From Isurus oxyrinchus (Eukaryota), in contig JANJGN010000010.1 of the NCBI GenBank assembly GCA_026770705.1, positions 111,414,001 to 111,478,000 of the forward strand: DNA of 64,000 bases, read 5' to 3'. The notes beneath the pieces are model-generated. The model saw nothing but the letters and a program-made list of their open reading frames with translations. It had not been told where the DNA came from and searched no databases. The translations under genes were made by a program, and so were the position numbers. This document shows positions 13,261 through 25,518 of the stretch, in pieces; within the stretch, counting starts at the first letter, position 1, and the number at the start of each line of letters is the position of its first letter.

Positions 13261-13297
13261 GGTGGAAGAGATGAAGCTGGTTTCTGTGAAAGTTTAA
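13261..13297 (+). CDS. SPNS2: Spinster homolog 2 (S1P transporter), last coding micro-exon (exon 13261-13301)
   Basis: Strong acceptor tttgtttcctttctctgcag|; encodes xVEEMKLVSVKV*; donor CAG|gtaagc 4 nt after the stop. As I recall, human SPNS2 ends QVNQLAMPPASVKV* and lies tail-to-tail with MYBBP1A. No upstream exon found in the window. Confidence 0.75.
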
Positions 13298-14084
13298 TCA
13301 GGTAAGCAAAGAAAAAAAACAAATAATCATATCCACATTATTGTCGAGCAGGGCATTTCAACGAAATGTGAAGCTGTTAAAAAAAAAGAGCTTTGGAACG
13401 TGGCCTGCGATGTGATTTGTGTTGATTTCCTTTTATTTAATAACTTTCTTTGATGAAGCGGTCATGGGTTTTGATTCACAGGAAACCAGTTTCCAAGATG
13501 AGTGACCAGACTGAGATTAATAACTGGGGTTAGGATAGAGGGAATGCAATAGAAAGATGTGGCAGGAGACAGGTCCTTCCAGATCTGAGAAGTTCTTTGC
13601 TGTGATGTTGTTTTGCTGCTGTAGTTCAGTGTCACTGTGGTCTGCCTTACAGTGAAGATGTTAAGTGTGATAGAACATGAATGATGATACAAGCTCGCCT
13701 TTATGTTTCAGCTGGGGGAGATGATAATCCTAGTGTTTTTCCCTTTGATCACTTCTACACAGGAGAGGTTTTCTCACTTCCCACAGAGCCCACCATTCTC
13801 TCCCTCAAACTTCTGCTTTCCCTTGTTACATTGTCATCCCTCCAACATTGGCTTCTAACATAAAGCCTGAAACTTCAACTCCCAGTATCCCATCTAAACT
13901 GGACACCTGTGAGAGCTTTAGAGATCAACAGACTGTAAGACAGAGCGATGGCCACAGGGAATCTGGCGAGTTCCTCAGCCAGATTGCCAGGAGGAAGCAA
14001 AAAGCAAAAGCTGAGACCTTAATTAGAGAAGCAGCCAAACTATCCCCAGACTAATCTTATGCACCTCACAGAAGCTGAAGAAAA

Positions 14085-14355
14085 CCATTCAGCTCTTTTA
14101 TTCTGTTCTGCCATTCGATCAGATCACTGGCTAAGATGTACCTCAACTCCATTTCTCACCTTTGCACCATATCCCTTCATATTCTGACCCAGCGAAGATC
14201 TCAATCTCAATATTGAAATCTTCAACTGATTCACAGCCTTCCAGAGGGAGAAAGTTCCAGATTTCCACCACCCTTTGTGTGAAAAAATGCTTCCCGATTT
14301 TCCTCCTCAGTGGCCTGGTTCTAATTTTAAGATCACAGCATCTAGTTTTGGATTC
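14085..14355 (-). mobile_element. CR1 3' end fragment
   Basis: LKIRTRPLRRKIGKHFFTQRVVEIWNFLP. Confidence 0.75.
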
Positions 14356-14459
14356 CCTGCCAGAGTTCCTCTGTAAAGAGCTGGCCATTGGGTACCTCTC
14401 TGCTCTTGAAAGTTGGTTTGTAGTTTGGGTATACCAGCAACATGTGGAAGAAAGCGAAC

Positions 14460-15630
14460 CAGAGCTCCAAAAAGCATTTGATACAGTGCCGCACAACAGA
14501 CCTGTGAGCAAAGTTATAGTTTGTGAAATAAAAGGGACAGTAGTAACATAGATACAGAATTGGCTGAATGACAGGAAACAGAGAGTAGTGGTTAATGGAT
14601 TTTTTTCATGCTGGAGGAAGGTTTATAGTGGAGTTCCCCGGGGGTGTGTTGGGACCCTTGCTTTTCTTGATATATATTAATGACCTAGACCTTGGTATAC
14701 AGGACACAATTTCAAAGTTTGGGGATGATACCAAATTTGGAAGCATTGTGAACTGTGAGGAAGATATTGTGAAACTTCAAAAGGACATAGACAAGTTGAT
14801 AGAATGGACGGGCAGTGGCAGGTGAATTTCAATGCAGAGAAATGAGGTGATTTATTTTGGTAGGAAGGACAAGAGACACAATATAAAGTAAAGGCTATAA
14901 CTCTAAAGGTGGTGCAGGAGCAGAGGGACCTGGGTGTATACGTGCATAAGTAAGTGAAGGTGGCAGGGCAGGTTGAGAGAGCGGTTAATAAAGCATATAG
15001 CATCCTGTGGTTTATTAATAGAGGCATCGAGTACAAGAACAAGGAGGTTAAGTTGATTTTGTAAAAGTCATTAGCTCAGCCTCAGCTGGAGTATTGCATC
15101 CAGTTCCAGGTGCTGCACTTTCAGAAGGATGTGAAGACAGTAGAGAGGATGCAGAAAATATTCATGAGAATGGTTCCAGGGATGAGGAACTTCAGTTATG
15201 AAGATAGATTGGAGAAGTTAGGACTGATTTCCTTAGCAAAAAGGAGGCTGATAGATTTGATAAAAGTATTCAAAATTGAGGGGTCTGGACAGAGTAGATA
15301 GGGAGAAACTGTTCTCACTCACGAAAGGATCGAGAACAAAAGAGTACAGAATTAAAGTGATTAGTAAAAAAAGCATAAGTGATATGAGGACGTTTTTTCA
15401 GGCAGCGCGTGGTTAAGGTCTGGAATGCACTGCCTGAGTGTGGTGGAGGTAGGTTCAATTGAGGCATTCAAAAGGGAATTATACAGTTATCTGAAAAGAA
15501 AGAATGTGCAGGGTTATGGGGAGAAGGCAGGAGAATGGTACTAGGTGAGTTGCTCATTCAGAGAGCTAATGCAGATATGATGAGCCAAATGGCCTCATTC
15601 TGCGCTGTAACAATTCTGTGATTCTGTGAA
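14460..15630 (+). mobile_element. 5'-truncated CR1 LINE
   Basis: QKAFDTVPH, GVLGPLLFLIYINDLD, KFGDDTK; tail attctgtgattctgtga. Confidence 0.9.
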
Positions 15631-16360
15631 ATGTTGGAACCTTGAGACCAAATGACTTGCAGGTCAACACAAAGAGCTTGTTTCTCTTCAAACCTAATGA
15701 GTACAATCAGCTCCAGCAGAGGGTCACCTGAGACATGAGAGAAACAAGTTGTTTACTGCCAGTGCCTGCAGTTCGAGGCCCGTTTTGTGGGCAGAGTTTT
15801 GGAAGTGGCAGTAATTCCATTGCTGGGCCTGTGCCAGCATCGTACTGAACGTAGGCCTCTTATCAGTTTCAGTCACTCACTGGCCTGTGTCATGCTTAGA
15901 GGTCGAGTCGGTGAAAGCCCATGTCTGAAAAGTGCAAAAGCCCACCCCTAGCAGTGGAACATTTAACACCAGCTCGCTCTTTCTGTATGAATAATCAGGC
16001 TAAGTGTGGTTTTCCTGTGTTTGGACTGATTTATAAGCAGTGTTTCGAGAAAAGTTGACCTGATTCCAACTTGGACAAATTTAAAAGGAAAACTTGAATT
16101 CAAGTGCAGTTGGAGATGAGGAAACTCCTCCCCAGGGCAAACTAGGGCAAACACAGTACACGTCAGGCAATGTTAGCTAAAAACAGGTCATGTCTTATGC
16201 TGAAAACACATTGGTCCCACTGCATGCCTGATTCCTCATATTGGAGTCAAGCGAGACAAGTGTGGGGGGCGGGGGGGATCACTGGCATGACTACACGGTT
16301 TCCCATTGTTGTTGTAGAATGGCAAGACACAGGTTCCATAATAAACAAGTGAGATAACAG

Positions 16361-17997
16361 AAACAAAAATAAAAATACCTGGAAAAACTCAGCAGGTCTG
16401 ACAGCATCTGCGGACACGAACATAGTTAACGTTTTGAGTCCGTACTCTTCAACAGAACTAAGGAAAAATAGAAGAGAGGTGAAATATAAGCTGGTTTAAG
16501 GGGGGGTGGGACAAGTAGAGCTGGATAGAGGGCCAGTGATAGTTGGAGATAGACAAAAGGACAAAGTGGTGTTGACGGTGGTGATATTAGCTAAGAAATG
16601 TGCTAATAGGTGACATTGAGGGTAGAAAGCAGGATGAGCAAGGTACAGATAGTGCTAGTGGGGGTGGGGTGGGGGGAAGGGATCAAAATAGGCTAAAAGG
16701 TAGAGATAAAACAATGGATGGAAATACATTTAAAAAAATGGAAATAGGTGGGAAAAGAAAAATCTATATAAATTATTGGAAAAAAGGGGGATCAGAAAGG
16801 GGGTGGGGATGGAGGAGAGAGTTCATGATCTAAAATTGTTGAGCTCAATATTCAGTCTGGAAGGCTGTAAAGTGCCTAGTCGGAAGATGAGGTGCTGTTC
16901 TTCCAGTTTGCGTTAAGCTTCACTGGAACACTGCAGCAGGCCAAGGACAGACATGTGGGCTTGAGAGCAGGGTGGAGTGTTGAAATGGCAAGCGACAGGG
17001 AGGTCTGGGTCATGCTTGCGGATAGACCGAAGGTGTTCCGCAAGTGGTCACCCAGTCTGCATTTGGTCTCTCCAATGTAGAGGAGACCACATCGGGAGCA
17101 GCGAATGCAGTAGACTAAATTGAGGGAAGTGCAAGTGAAATGCTGCTTCACTTGAAAGGAGAGTTTGGGCCCTTGGACGATGAGGAGAGGGGAAGTAAAG
17201 GGGCAGGTGTTGCACCTTCTGCGGTTGCGTGGGAAGGTGCCATGGGAGGGGGTTGAGGTGTAGGGGGTGATGGAAGAGTGGACCAGGGTGTCCTGGAGGG
17301 AATGATCCCTGCGGAATGCCATCGGGGGTGGTGAAGGGAAGATGTGTTTGGTGGTGGCATCATGCTGGAGTTGGCAGAAATGGCAGAGGATGATGCTTTG
17401 AATGCGGAGGCTGGTGGGGTAATAAGTGAGGACAAGGGGCACCCTATCATGGTTCCGGGAGGGAGAGGAAGGTGTGAGGGCAGATGCGCGGAAGATGGGC
17501 CGAACACGGTTGAGGGCCCTGTCAACCACCATGGGTGGAAAATCCCGGTTAAGGAGCAAGGAAGACATGTCAGAGGAACTGTTTTTGAAAATGGCATCAT
17601 CAGAACAGATGTGACGGAGGCGATGGAACTGAGAGAATGGGATGGAGTCCTTACAGGAAGCAAGATGTGAGGAGCTGTAGTCAAGGTAACTGTAGGAGTC
17701 GGTGGGTTTGTAATGAATATTGGTGGACAGTCTATCACCAGAAATTGAGACAGAGAGGTCAAGGAAGGGAAGGGAAGTGTCAGAGATGTACCATGTGAAA
17801 ATGATGGAGGGGTGAAAATTGGGAGCAAAATTAATAAATTTTTTCAGGTCCAGACGAGAGCATGAAGCAGCACCGAAGCAATTATCGATGTACCGGAGAA
17901 AGAGTTGTGGGAGGGGGCCAGAGTAGGACTGGAACAAGGAATGTTCCACATACCCCATAAAGAGACAGACATAACTGGGGTCCATGTGGGTACCCAT
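16361..17997 (-). mobile_element. Penelope-like retroelement, 5'-truncated (RT C-terminus plus GIY-YIG endonuclease)
   Basis: ORF 16876-18024 has MGT..PSY, LRYIDN, FLDL, YKPT and VYCIRCSRCGLLYIGET; 13-bp target-site duplication agtgagataacag at 16348-16360 and 17998-18010. Confidence 0.92.
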
Positions 17998-19759
17998 AGT
18001 GAGATAACAGGATGTTTTCACCACTCGTTAGTGGTCGGGAGAGAGATTTGATTTAGTGGTAACATTTCCCTATTAGGGTCAAAGGAAGAGGGTTTAAATG
18101 CCATTTTGGATAGTGGCAGCAAGTGGAGGCTAGAAAATGGCCACTAAATACTGGGTTTACATCCAGTCATGTACTTGGGGAGAGGCAGAGTGACCACTGG
18201 CCCAGTAGTGGAATTGAGTCAGAGGGTGGAGGAGACAGGGCTGTAAAATGCAACGAGGTGTTCAAAAATCCATTGACATTGACGGGACTGTCAAATCCCG
18301 CCGGTGTAAAATTCCACCCATAGAGTTGGAGTCAGACTGCACTCAAGACAGTTTCAATTTACATAGGTCCATGCAACAGCTCTGAATGCTAGGTACCCTC
18401 CTCGCCCGTCACATTATAAAGGATAAGGTGGGTGTCCTTAGTCATGCCTGCAGGCCACCTTTGAGAAGATACTCTTTAATTATAAAGCAGGAGGAAGATA
18501 ACGAGAAATCACCTCACCTCAGTGCTGCAGCTAGAGGCTTAAGAATCTCACATGTGAAACTTAAATTATTACCTGCTCCCAGAGACAGGACAAAGGTATG
18601 AACGGGATGGTGATTAGGAAGACAATTAGTGTGGAAACATTAAGGGAAAATTGGATAGTTGGCGGAGCAAATGATTGAGGGCATTAGAATTGGGAGCAGC
18701 CAGATGGAGTCTATCCCATCCTGTACAATCTAATAGGTACAGTCAAGCTAAAATGCCGCATCAGTCATCTCAAAGAATAAGAGAAGGATAAATATCTGAT
18801 TGGAAACAGGTTTGAATATTGTAGAAATAGTGAAAGAGCGGTGAAAGCAGATTCACTGGAACTTTCAAAAGGGAATTAGATACTTAAAATTTGCAGAGCT
18901 GTTAGTAGGGCAGGGGCCTGGAACTAATTGGATAGCTCTTTCAAAGAGCCAGCATATGTAAGATGGCCTGAATGGCCTCCTTTGGTCCAAAGATGAATAA
19001 ATATTGCAATATTTTGCTTAACAGCCCCATCTCAATGTTTATGCTGTAACTCTTTCGAGTACAAACCCGTTTCCATCTGTTGTCAGATGAAGTTACATTG
19101 TTTCATAGTTTGCCATTGTGAGATTTGAACTCTTGAGATTAGGGTACAAACCCAGTACCATAACCACTTGGCTGTTTACATGAGCCTCCTTCCATCTTAC
19201 TTCATCTCGCCCTATCAGCACAACCCTTCTCTCCTTTTTACCTGTCTGACTTCCCCAGCACTGAATCCCGCCCTTTTTTCTTTCTTGTCCATAGCCAAGG
19301 CTGGAGCAGGTGAAAATGGCTCACAACTCAGCGACTTTCGCCTTCAAACGACAGCGCAGTTTATCATCAGTGCGTAACGGGACCAGTCGACTGCCGAGGA
19401 AGTGGTGAATCGCCCAAAGAGCGTAGGGGACGGCACAACTTTCAAAGGGGCTCAACTATAAGGAACCTCTCCCCTTTAGGGATGCAGCCTCTCGTTCTCT
19501 TTCAATTACGGAAATCGCTGCGTGTAAGAACAGTCTGAAAATTTTGCATTTGTCCCTGGTTTTATTTTTTCCACGAAGTTATGCACTGGGGTGTCAAGAC
19601 CTGATCTCCGGGTTTGGAGCCATGTTTCAACTCCAAAGAACAAGAGAATGCCGCCAATCTCTGCTTCAACAACGTGGGGCTACGTGTGATCAAAATAAGG
19701 CAAGCGTTCTGATAAGTGTCGAAGACACGAAATATTATTCCTTTCATTTAATGCTGCAG

Positions 19760-22700
19760 GTTAGAGTTGTCTCTAGGAGATAACTAAAGTGCATTGGGGG
19801 GAGCAGCTGAAATCTCCACCCCCACGACAACTACACAGAAAAACCCGACTGTGCATATTACCCTTAAATGAGAGAGCACTTTGAGCTGTACTACACTGGA
19901 ATGCCGACTTGCCTGTTACTTATGGATGTGCTGGTAATAGGAATAATAGCAACCAGTGAATTGAGTTTTAGCTATAAGGTGTATTAAGACTCTGTGATTT
20001 TGTACTAATGCCAGTGATAGCAATGTAACCACTGGCTTATGAATATGCACTAAAAATCCCTTGAAGTGAATCAAGCTGCACTAAGCAATCTTCAACTCTT
20101 TCTTTCTACACCTACTTTCTAAAATTATATCAGATTGAAGCCAATGAACAGGTCAAGGGGCAGTTGAAGGCAGATAGACAGCATGCAATGTCTAAACTCC
20201 TTTTAAATGCAGCAACCAATTTGACCTCATCTATTCTTATTGCTTTCTTGAAGACGGGTCCCAGTGAGTAGTTTCTAGCCATTCCTCAACCTTCTGCTCT
20301 TTTAAGATGTAAGTGATGAATCCCATAACAGAAACTATATTGTGCAACTTCCCACAATTTCCTCTCCATTTCTCTCTCAAAGGCATCTTTACCCAAGTAG
20401 CTATCCATCAAGTTCCTGTCAGCAATCCCTTTCACCAAGGAGGTCCTCTTCCAAATTTCCCTCCCTGTAATGTCCAGGAGGTATCATTGTATTCAGTGTA
20501 TTTTTCCTGTTCCTGAGCCTAGGGAGATCAAGGACACTTGTAAGTCGAGTGCCACTTGGTGTGAGATGTAACCTGGTATCTTCCAGGCTACGTGGCTGAG
20601 TATTGCACCATCTACTGTTTCACTGCAATGGATTAACAATATTAGGATAGATATGTTTATGGACAGAATGTCCTGTTACAGAAAAAAGACCAACTTAAAA
20701 AAATTAGAGGCAAAAAAAATTAAGGTACAGTAATATAAGAACTGATCTATCAGGTGTGGGTAAAAACTGCAAAAGTGTGTTTTTTTTCATGTTTTGCTAA
20801 CTTGCTGATACATGTATTAGAATCAATTGATTTCCCTTTTTAAAGCTGTAATTAGGTTTGTTTTCTTGTTTTTTTTAAGATGTTCCTATTTCTTCCGTGC
20901 CTCCCGTTAACTGTCTCCCACCACCCTCTTAGTTTTAGATGTTGCTGCAGAATCCTCAGTAGTTCAGGCATGTACAGGTGCGAACCACAAGTATTTGGTC
21001 ACCAACTGTAACATCTACAAATTCCAACCAAATTATTTGCATGCAAGCAATAATGGATGACAAAATAATTTATTGGAAAAACTGGCCTCTCTGGAATGTG
21101 CTAGTCACATGAATTGCTGCTGCTCATGAACTGGGTGGTTAGCAGGCAATCCTGCTGCAGGAGTACAGCCAGCACAGGCCTCTCCCTGTACTTTTACACA
21201 TCGAGTCACTTCATGCTGTTACCATTGCAATGACATTCACTCAGTAAAAATAATAAAGATGGCAGAAATGAGATGAAATTGATGAAAAGGTCCTCTTGGC
21301 AATAGTTAGCTCTAATGTCCTTGAAATGCAGCCTACCTTCTAAACTGCTAAACTGAGAAGCCAACTTATTAGGCCTCATCGCCCTGTCCAGTGTCTTGGT
21401 TCATCAAGACTATGAGCTACGTCTTCTCTGAAGATAATATTGATCAAATCGTGCCTATGTTGAAAGTTTAACTAATTTTCAAAATGTATCGTGTAAATTC
21501 CACCATTCTAGGTTGTTAGTGAAACTTGGGACCACGCTGGAAACAAGGCACCAGTGAATCCATCGCTTGCATTCAATGTTAAAAGTGATTATATTTAAAC
21601 ATAGGAATGGGGTGTGATATACAACTTGCATCGAGTTTAGCCTTAGGCCTTCAAGAAAATGTGCAATTTTTTTTTTATTATACCATAGGTTTTAGGGACA
21701 AGCAGGTAACAGAAGGTCCATGGTGCTGAGGAATATTTAGCAGTAGGGAGAAGTTAATGGCTTAAGGGGTATAACGCTCCTCAGCTGCAAATTAACAGCT
21801 CAGAACCTATCCAAAAATTCATGTCCTACCATATATCACAGTGGCCCACCAACTGATAATGATGCAGGAAAAGACAGGCACGAGATTAGGTGCTATTATC
21901 AAAATTGGTGTTGTCCGATAGAAATTACTGACTAACCACAGATGTTGTAACACCTACAGTGCTTTGGTTACATGCTCCAATTTTAGTAGAATGTGCGTTA
22001 CACACCACAGATAAATGCACTTCACATGTGGATATTTGCTTACATCTACTACCATTCAGTAACCCAGGAAGTAACACATGCACAAGTATCAAGGAAACTG
22101 ACAGTTTCCAAAAAAAAATACACAAAGGTCAAAAGTTCACATGCAGACATCATGCTCAATGCTTGTATCAAGATCATATAACCAATGACAGTGTCTTAAT
22201 TACTGATTAAAATTGCAATTAGCTTCATCATGTGGTTAGTGGCTAATGTAATGGACAATGCTGAGCTAAACCATCCAATGAAACAGCCAGTACTGTTAAT
22301 GCAAGCATCAGATCAAAGTACAATTTCTCAGTTGTGGGTTAAGATGTTATCTGGTGTGATGTGAATGTTTGAAATTATTGACAAGACATTCCTCAAGAGA
22401 GACTGCTTTCCTTCCTACATAGTTTGTACTTATTACTCATACCTTACACAGAAGGAATTATGTAAATTCTATGATTCAGAGTTTGCCAAATTGTAAATTA
22501 AAAGTACTATCCAATGCCAAAAGCGATTTGTTCACTTAACCTATCAGTTCTTTACCCTCTCCTGCAAGACTTCCAATTGCTGCTGCCTGATTTTCTATAA
22601 CGAACTATATATGATAGGTTGTGTTGAATTTTATTTTGTGTAATATGCATTTGTTCCTGTATAAATTCTATTCACACTGTTCAAGTGTCTGAGATTTCTT

Positions 22701-22860
22701 GTCAAACAAGAACTTTTTTGTAAAAGTAAATCTATTTTATCTGATTATTTCAGGTATATTTTATTGTTTAAAGCCAAAGTATATAAATTATACACACAAA
22801 TATAGCTCAAATGTATCTATACTCATGTAAGTTAATAAACTATTTGAATGCAGTGTTGAG
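19760..22860 (+). other. SPNS2: Putative non-coding terminal (3'UTR) exon of SPNS2
   Basis: The donor after the stop codon needs a downstream exon. This ~3-kb stretch is almost free of young repeats and AT-rich, starts after a candidate acceptor (ctttcatttaatgctgcag|) and ends at a poly(A) signal. The 5' boundary is uncertain. Confidence 0.45.
22834..22839 (+). terminator. Candidate SPNS2 polyadenylation signal (AATAAA)
   Basis: AATAAA with upstream TGTA motifs and downstream GU/U-rich gtgttgagttatttcgtcttt; another AATAAA lies at 21252-21257. Confidence 0.55.
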
Positions 22861-23299
22861 TTATTTCGTCTTTATATAGCTCAATCAAAACAGCACCATT
22901 GTCAAGGAATTGAATATTTTATCCATTTGCACTTCACAATTTGTGTTACCAGCTTTTGCAAAATGTATGAATTACTCACTAGTAAGATTGAAAAGTAGAA
23001 ATGATAGTAAACCAGGAATTAATGTTTAGCTGATTTTAGATTTTGGTGCAAGCCTGTAGATTGATGGATGATAGAAAAGGCCGAGAAAGGTAAGGAGTGA
23101 CATGAGTTTTGAGATCCTGGGAAGGAACTCAACTGCTGAAGCTCAACAAACCAACTGTCCAATCACAGCTCACACCGCAAACCAACTCTCCAATTATAGT
23201 TTGATTACACCATAGGGTTGCAAATGTGCCCATCTGAAATGCTTTAATATCCTGCTGAAGATGGGCACAAATTCAATGAGTGGTAGGAACTTCATATGA

Positions 23300-23950
23300 A
23301 GGAAAGTTTTGCATTAATATAGCACTATTCACGACATTCCAAAGTGCTTGAGAGCCAATAAATGTACCTTTAAATCTTTGGAATTCTCTACCCCAGAGAG
23401 TTGTGGGTGCCCCATCGTTGAATACATTTAAAGCTGGGGCAGACGGAGTTTTGGTATCTCAAGGAATTAAGGAATACGGGGAGTGGGCAGAAACGTGGAG
23501 TTGAAGCCCAAGATCAGCCATGGTTGTATTGTATGGAGGAGCAGGCTCGATGGGCCTTGTGGTCTAGTCCTGCTGCTATTTCTTATGTTCCTTTGTTGAA
23601 GTGTCATCACTGTTCTAATCTGGGAAACACAGCAGCCAGAAGGTGCACAGCAAGTCCCACAAACAGCAATGTGATAATGACCAGATATTTTTGTGTTGTT
23701 GGTTGAGGGAATAAACATTGGCCAGGACACCAGGGAAGAACTCTTCTTCAAAATAGTTCCATGGGATGTTTTACATGTATCCTAGAGAATAGATGGGCCT
23801 CAGTTTAACATATCTGAAATACTACATCTCTGACAGTGCAGAGATTTCTCTGCATGGTACTGGAGTGTTAGCTTTTTGTGCTGGAGTGGGACTTGAACCC
23901 ACAAACTACTGAGTCAAAAAAGCAGAGTACTACCAACTGAGCCACAGCTG
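23300..23950 (-). mobile_element. Deu-domain SINE, interrupted by a CR1 3' end (~23375-23590, plus)
   Basis: ggagtgggacttgaacccacaa head and ggccaggacaccaggga body; nested tggaattctctaccccagagag...tcttatgttcc. Confidence 0.7.
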
Positions 23951-24761
23951 AAGCTTTGAGGAGGAAGTAAACAGTTATTCACACATTATTCAACCACAGT
24001 AACACAGTTATAATTACTGCTAAAGCAGACACTGCCAATTCCATGTGAGGGAGATTGTTCTTATCTTTCACTGTAGTGTAGTGAAAGCTTCGTTGCACTA
24101 CTCTGGAAAGTCACTTCTCAGGTGCCTCTGATCAGATTCTAGACCAGCCACATTGATCATTCGGTTTGTGTACGTGGCTCAGGAAGCTAACGTCTCCTAC
24201 AAACACCAATTGCCCTCAATTATGTTGGGACCAGGAGCTGGGACTCTGCACTCAGGAACGTCAAAAACAATTCTATTTTGCAGGATATGGTCATACTACC
24301 ACTCAAAAGCTGAGAGGAACCTGCACAAGTGCCATTTGGTGTATTTCTGGTATTCAGTCATATAATTAGGTTACTGTACCCTTGTATGAATCAACTCTCA
24401 ACTGGAATGTGTGGAACACCAATTACTGAGTCAGTCTCCATAACCCCGCATTCAACAGCATAGTCAAACAGGTAGTCTTGCCACAATTGTAGGAAATAGG
24501 ATAGAGACACAAGTTTTAAACAATATAAAAGCAGGATTACTGTAGGCATGCAGATTCCTTTAATAAGCTTCATACTTTGAGGGAGGCTTTTTTCATCTTG
24601 CAAAACAAAGCTGACAATTGTCTGAACAGGCACCAGTGTTTAAATTAGAGGCGACTTCAGGCTTCCTCCCACCTCCCAATATTTGTATTTTGAGGCTGAG
24701 CTGTTAGGATTAAAATTGCACATCCACACATTAAATGCCTATGTTTGCAATGGAGAACATG

Positions 24762-25100
24762 CTTTATTTATCCTGTCATGGGATGTGGGCATCACTGGCA
24801 AGGCCAGCATTTGTTGCTTATCCCTAATTTACCTTTGAACTGAGTGGCTTGCTGGACCATTTCAGAGGATCAATTAAGAGTCACTGTGGGTCTGGAGTCA
24901 CATGTAGGCCAGACAGGCAGATTTCCTTTCCTAAAGGGCATTGGTGAACCAGATGGGTTTTTAACAACAATCAACAATTTCATGGTCACCAGTGATGAGA
25001 CTACCTTCCAATTCCACCAGCTGACATGGTGGGATTGAAACCCATGTCCCCAGAGCATTAGTCTGGGCTTCTGCTTAGTGACAATACACTATGTCTCAGT
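24762..25100 (-). mobile_element. Same SINE family
   Basis: Same tail and core; head gggattgaaacccatgtccccagagcattag (B-box-like). Confidence 0.7.
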
Positions 25101-25383
25101 CTCAGCTATGCTGCCCCTTATTGCGCCAAAGTGATAATGTGGAACATTTCCATTCACTTAACCTGATGTAGTATGTGCACTACAGCAACTAGAGAGGCTG
25201 GAAGTTGTTCCGTGGAGAGCAGAGAAAGTTAAGGAGTTTTGTTAAAGCTGTTCAAAATCCAGAATTTTTTAAAAATGGAGCGAGTTCAGGAATTCAGTGC
25301 TGGGAAGCATACTGGAAGCAGATTCAATAGTAATTTTCAAAAGGGAATTGGATATGTACTTGAAGGAAAATGTACTGGGCTAT

Positions 25384-25518
25384 GGAGGGAGAGCAGGCAG
25401 TGGCCTGGCGGAGGGAGAGCAGGCAGTGGGTTGGCAGAGGGAGAGCAGGCAGTGGGCTGATGGAGGGAGAGTAGGCAGTGGGCTGGCAGAGGGAGAGCAG
25501 GCAGTGGGCTGGCAGAGG
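25384..25518 (+). repeat. Minisatellite, 26-bp unit x ~5, within a CR1 3'UTR remnant
   Basis: (g/a)gagggagagcaggcagtgggctggc repeated five times with few substitutions. Confidence 0.9.

Noticed and set aside
25384-25518. Regular repeats as a CRISPR-like array
   Set aside because: Head-to-tail units with no unique spacers, no cas genes, vertebrate context.
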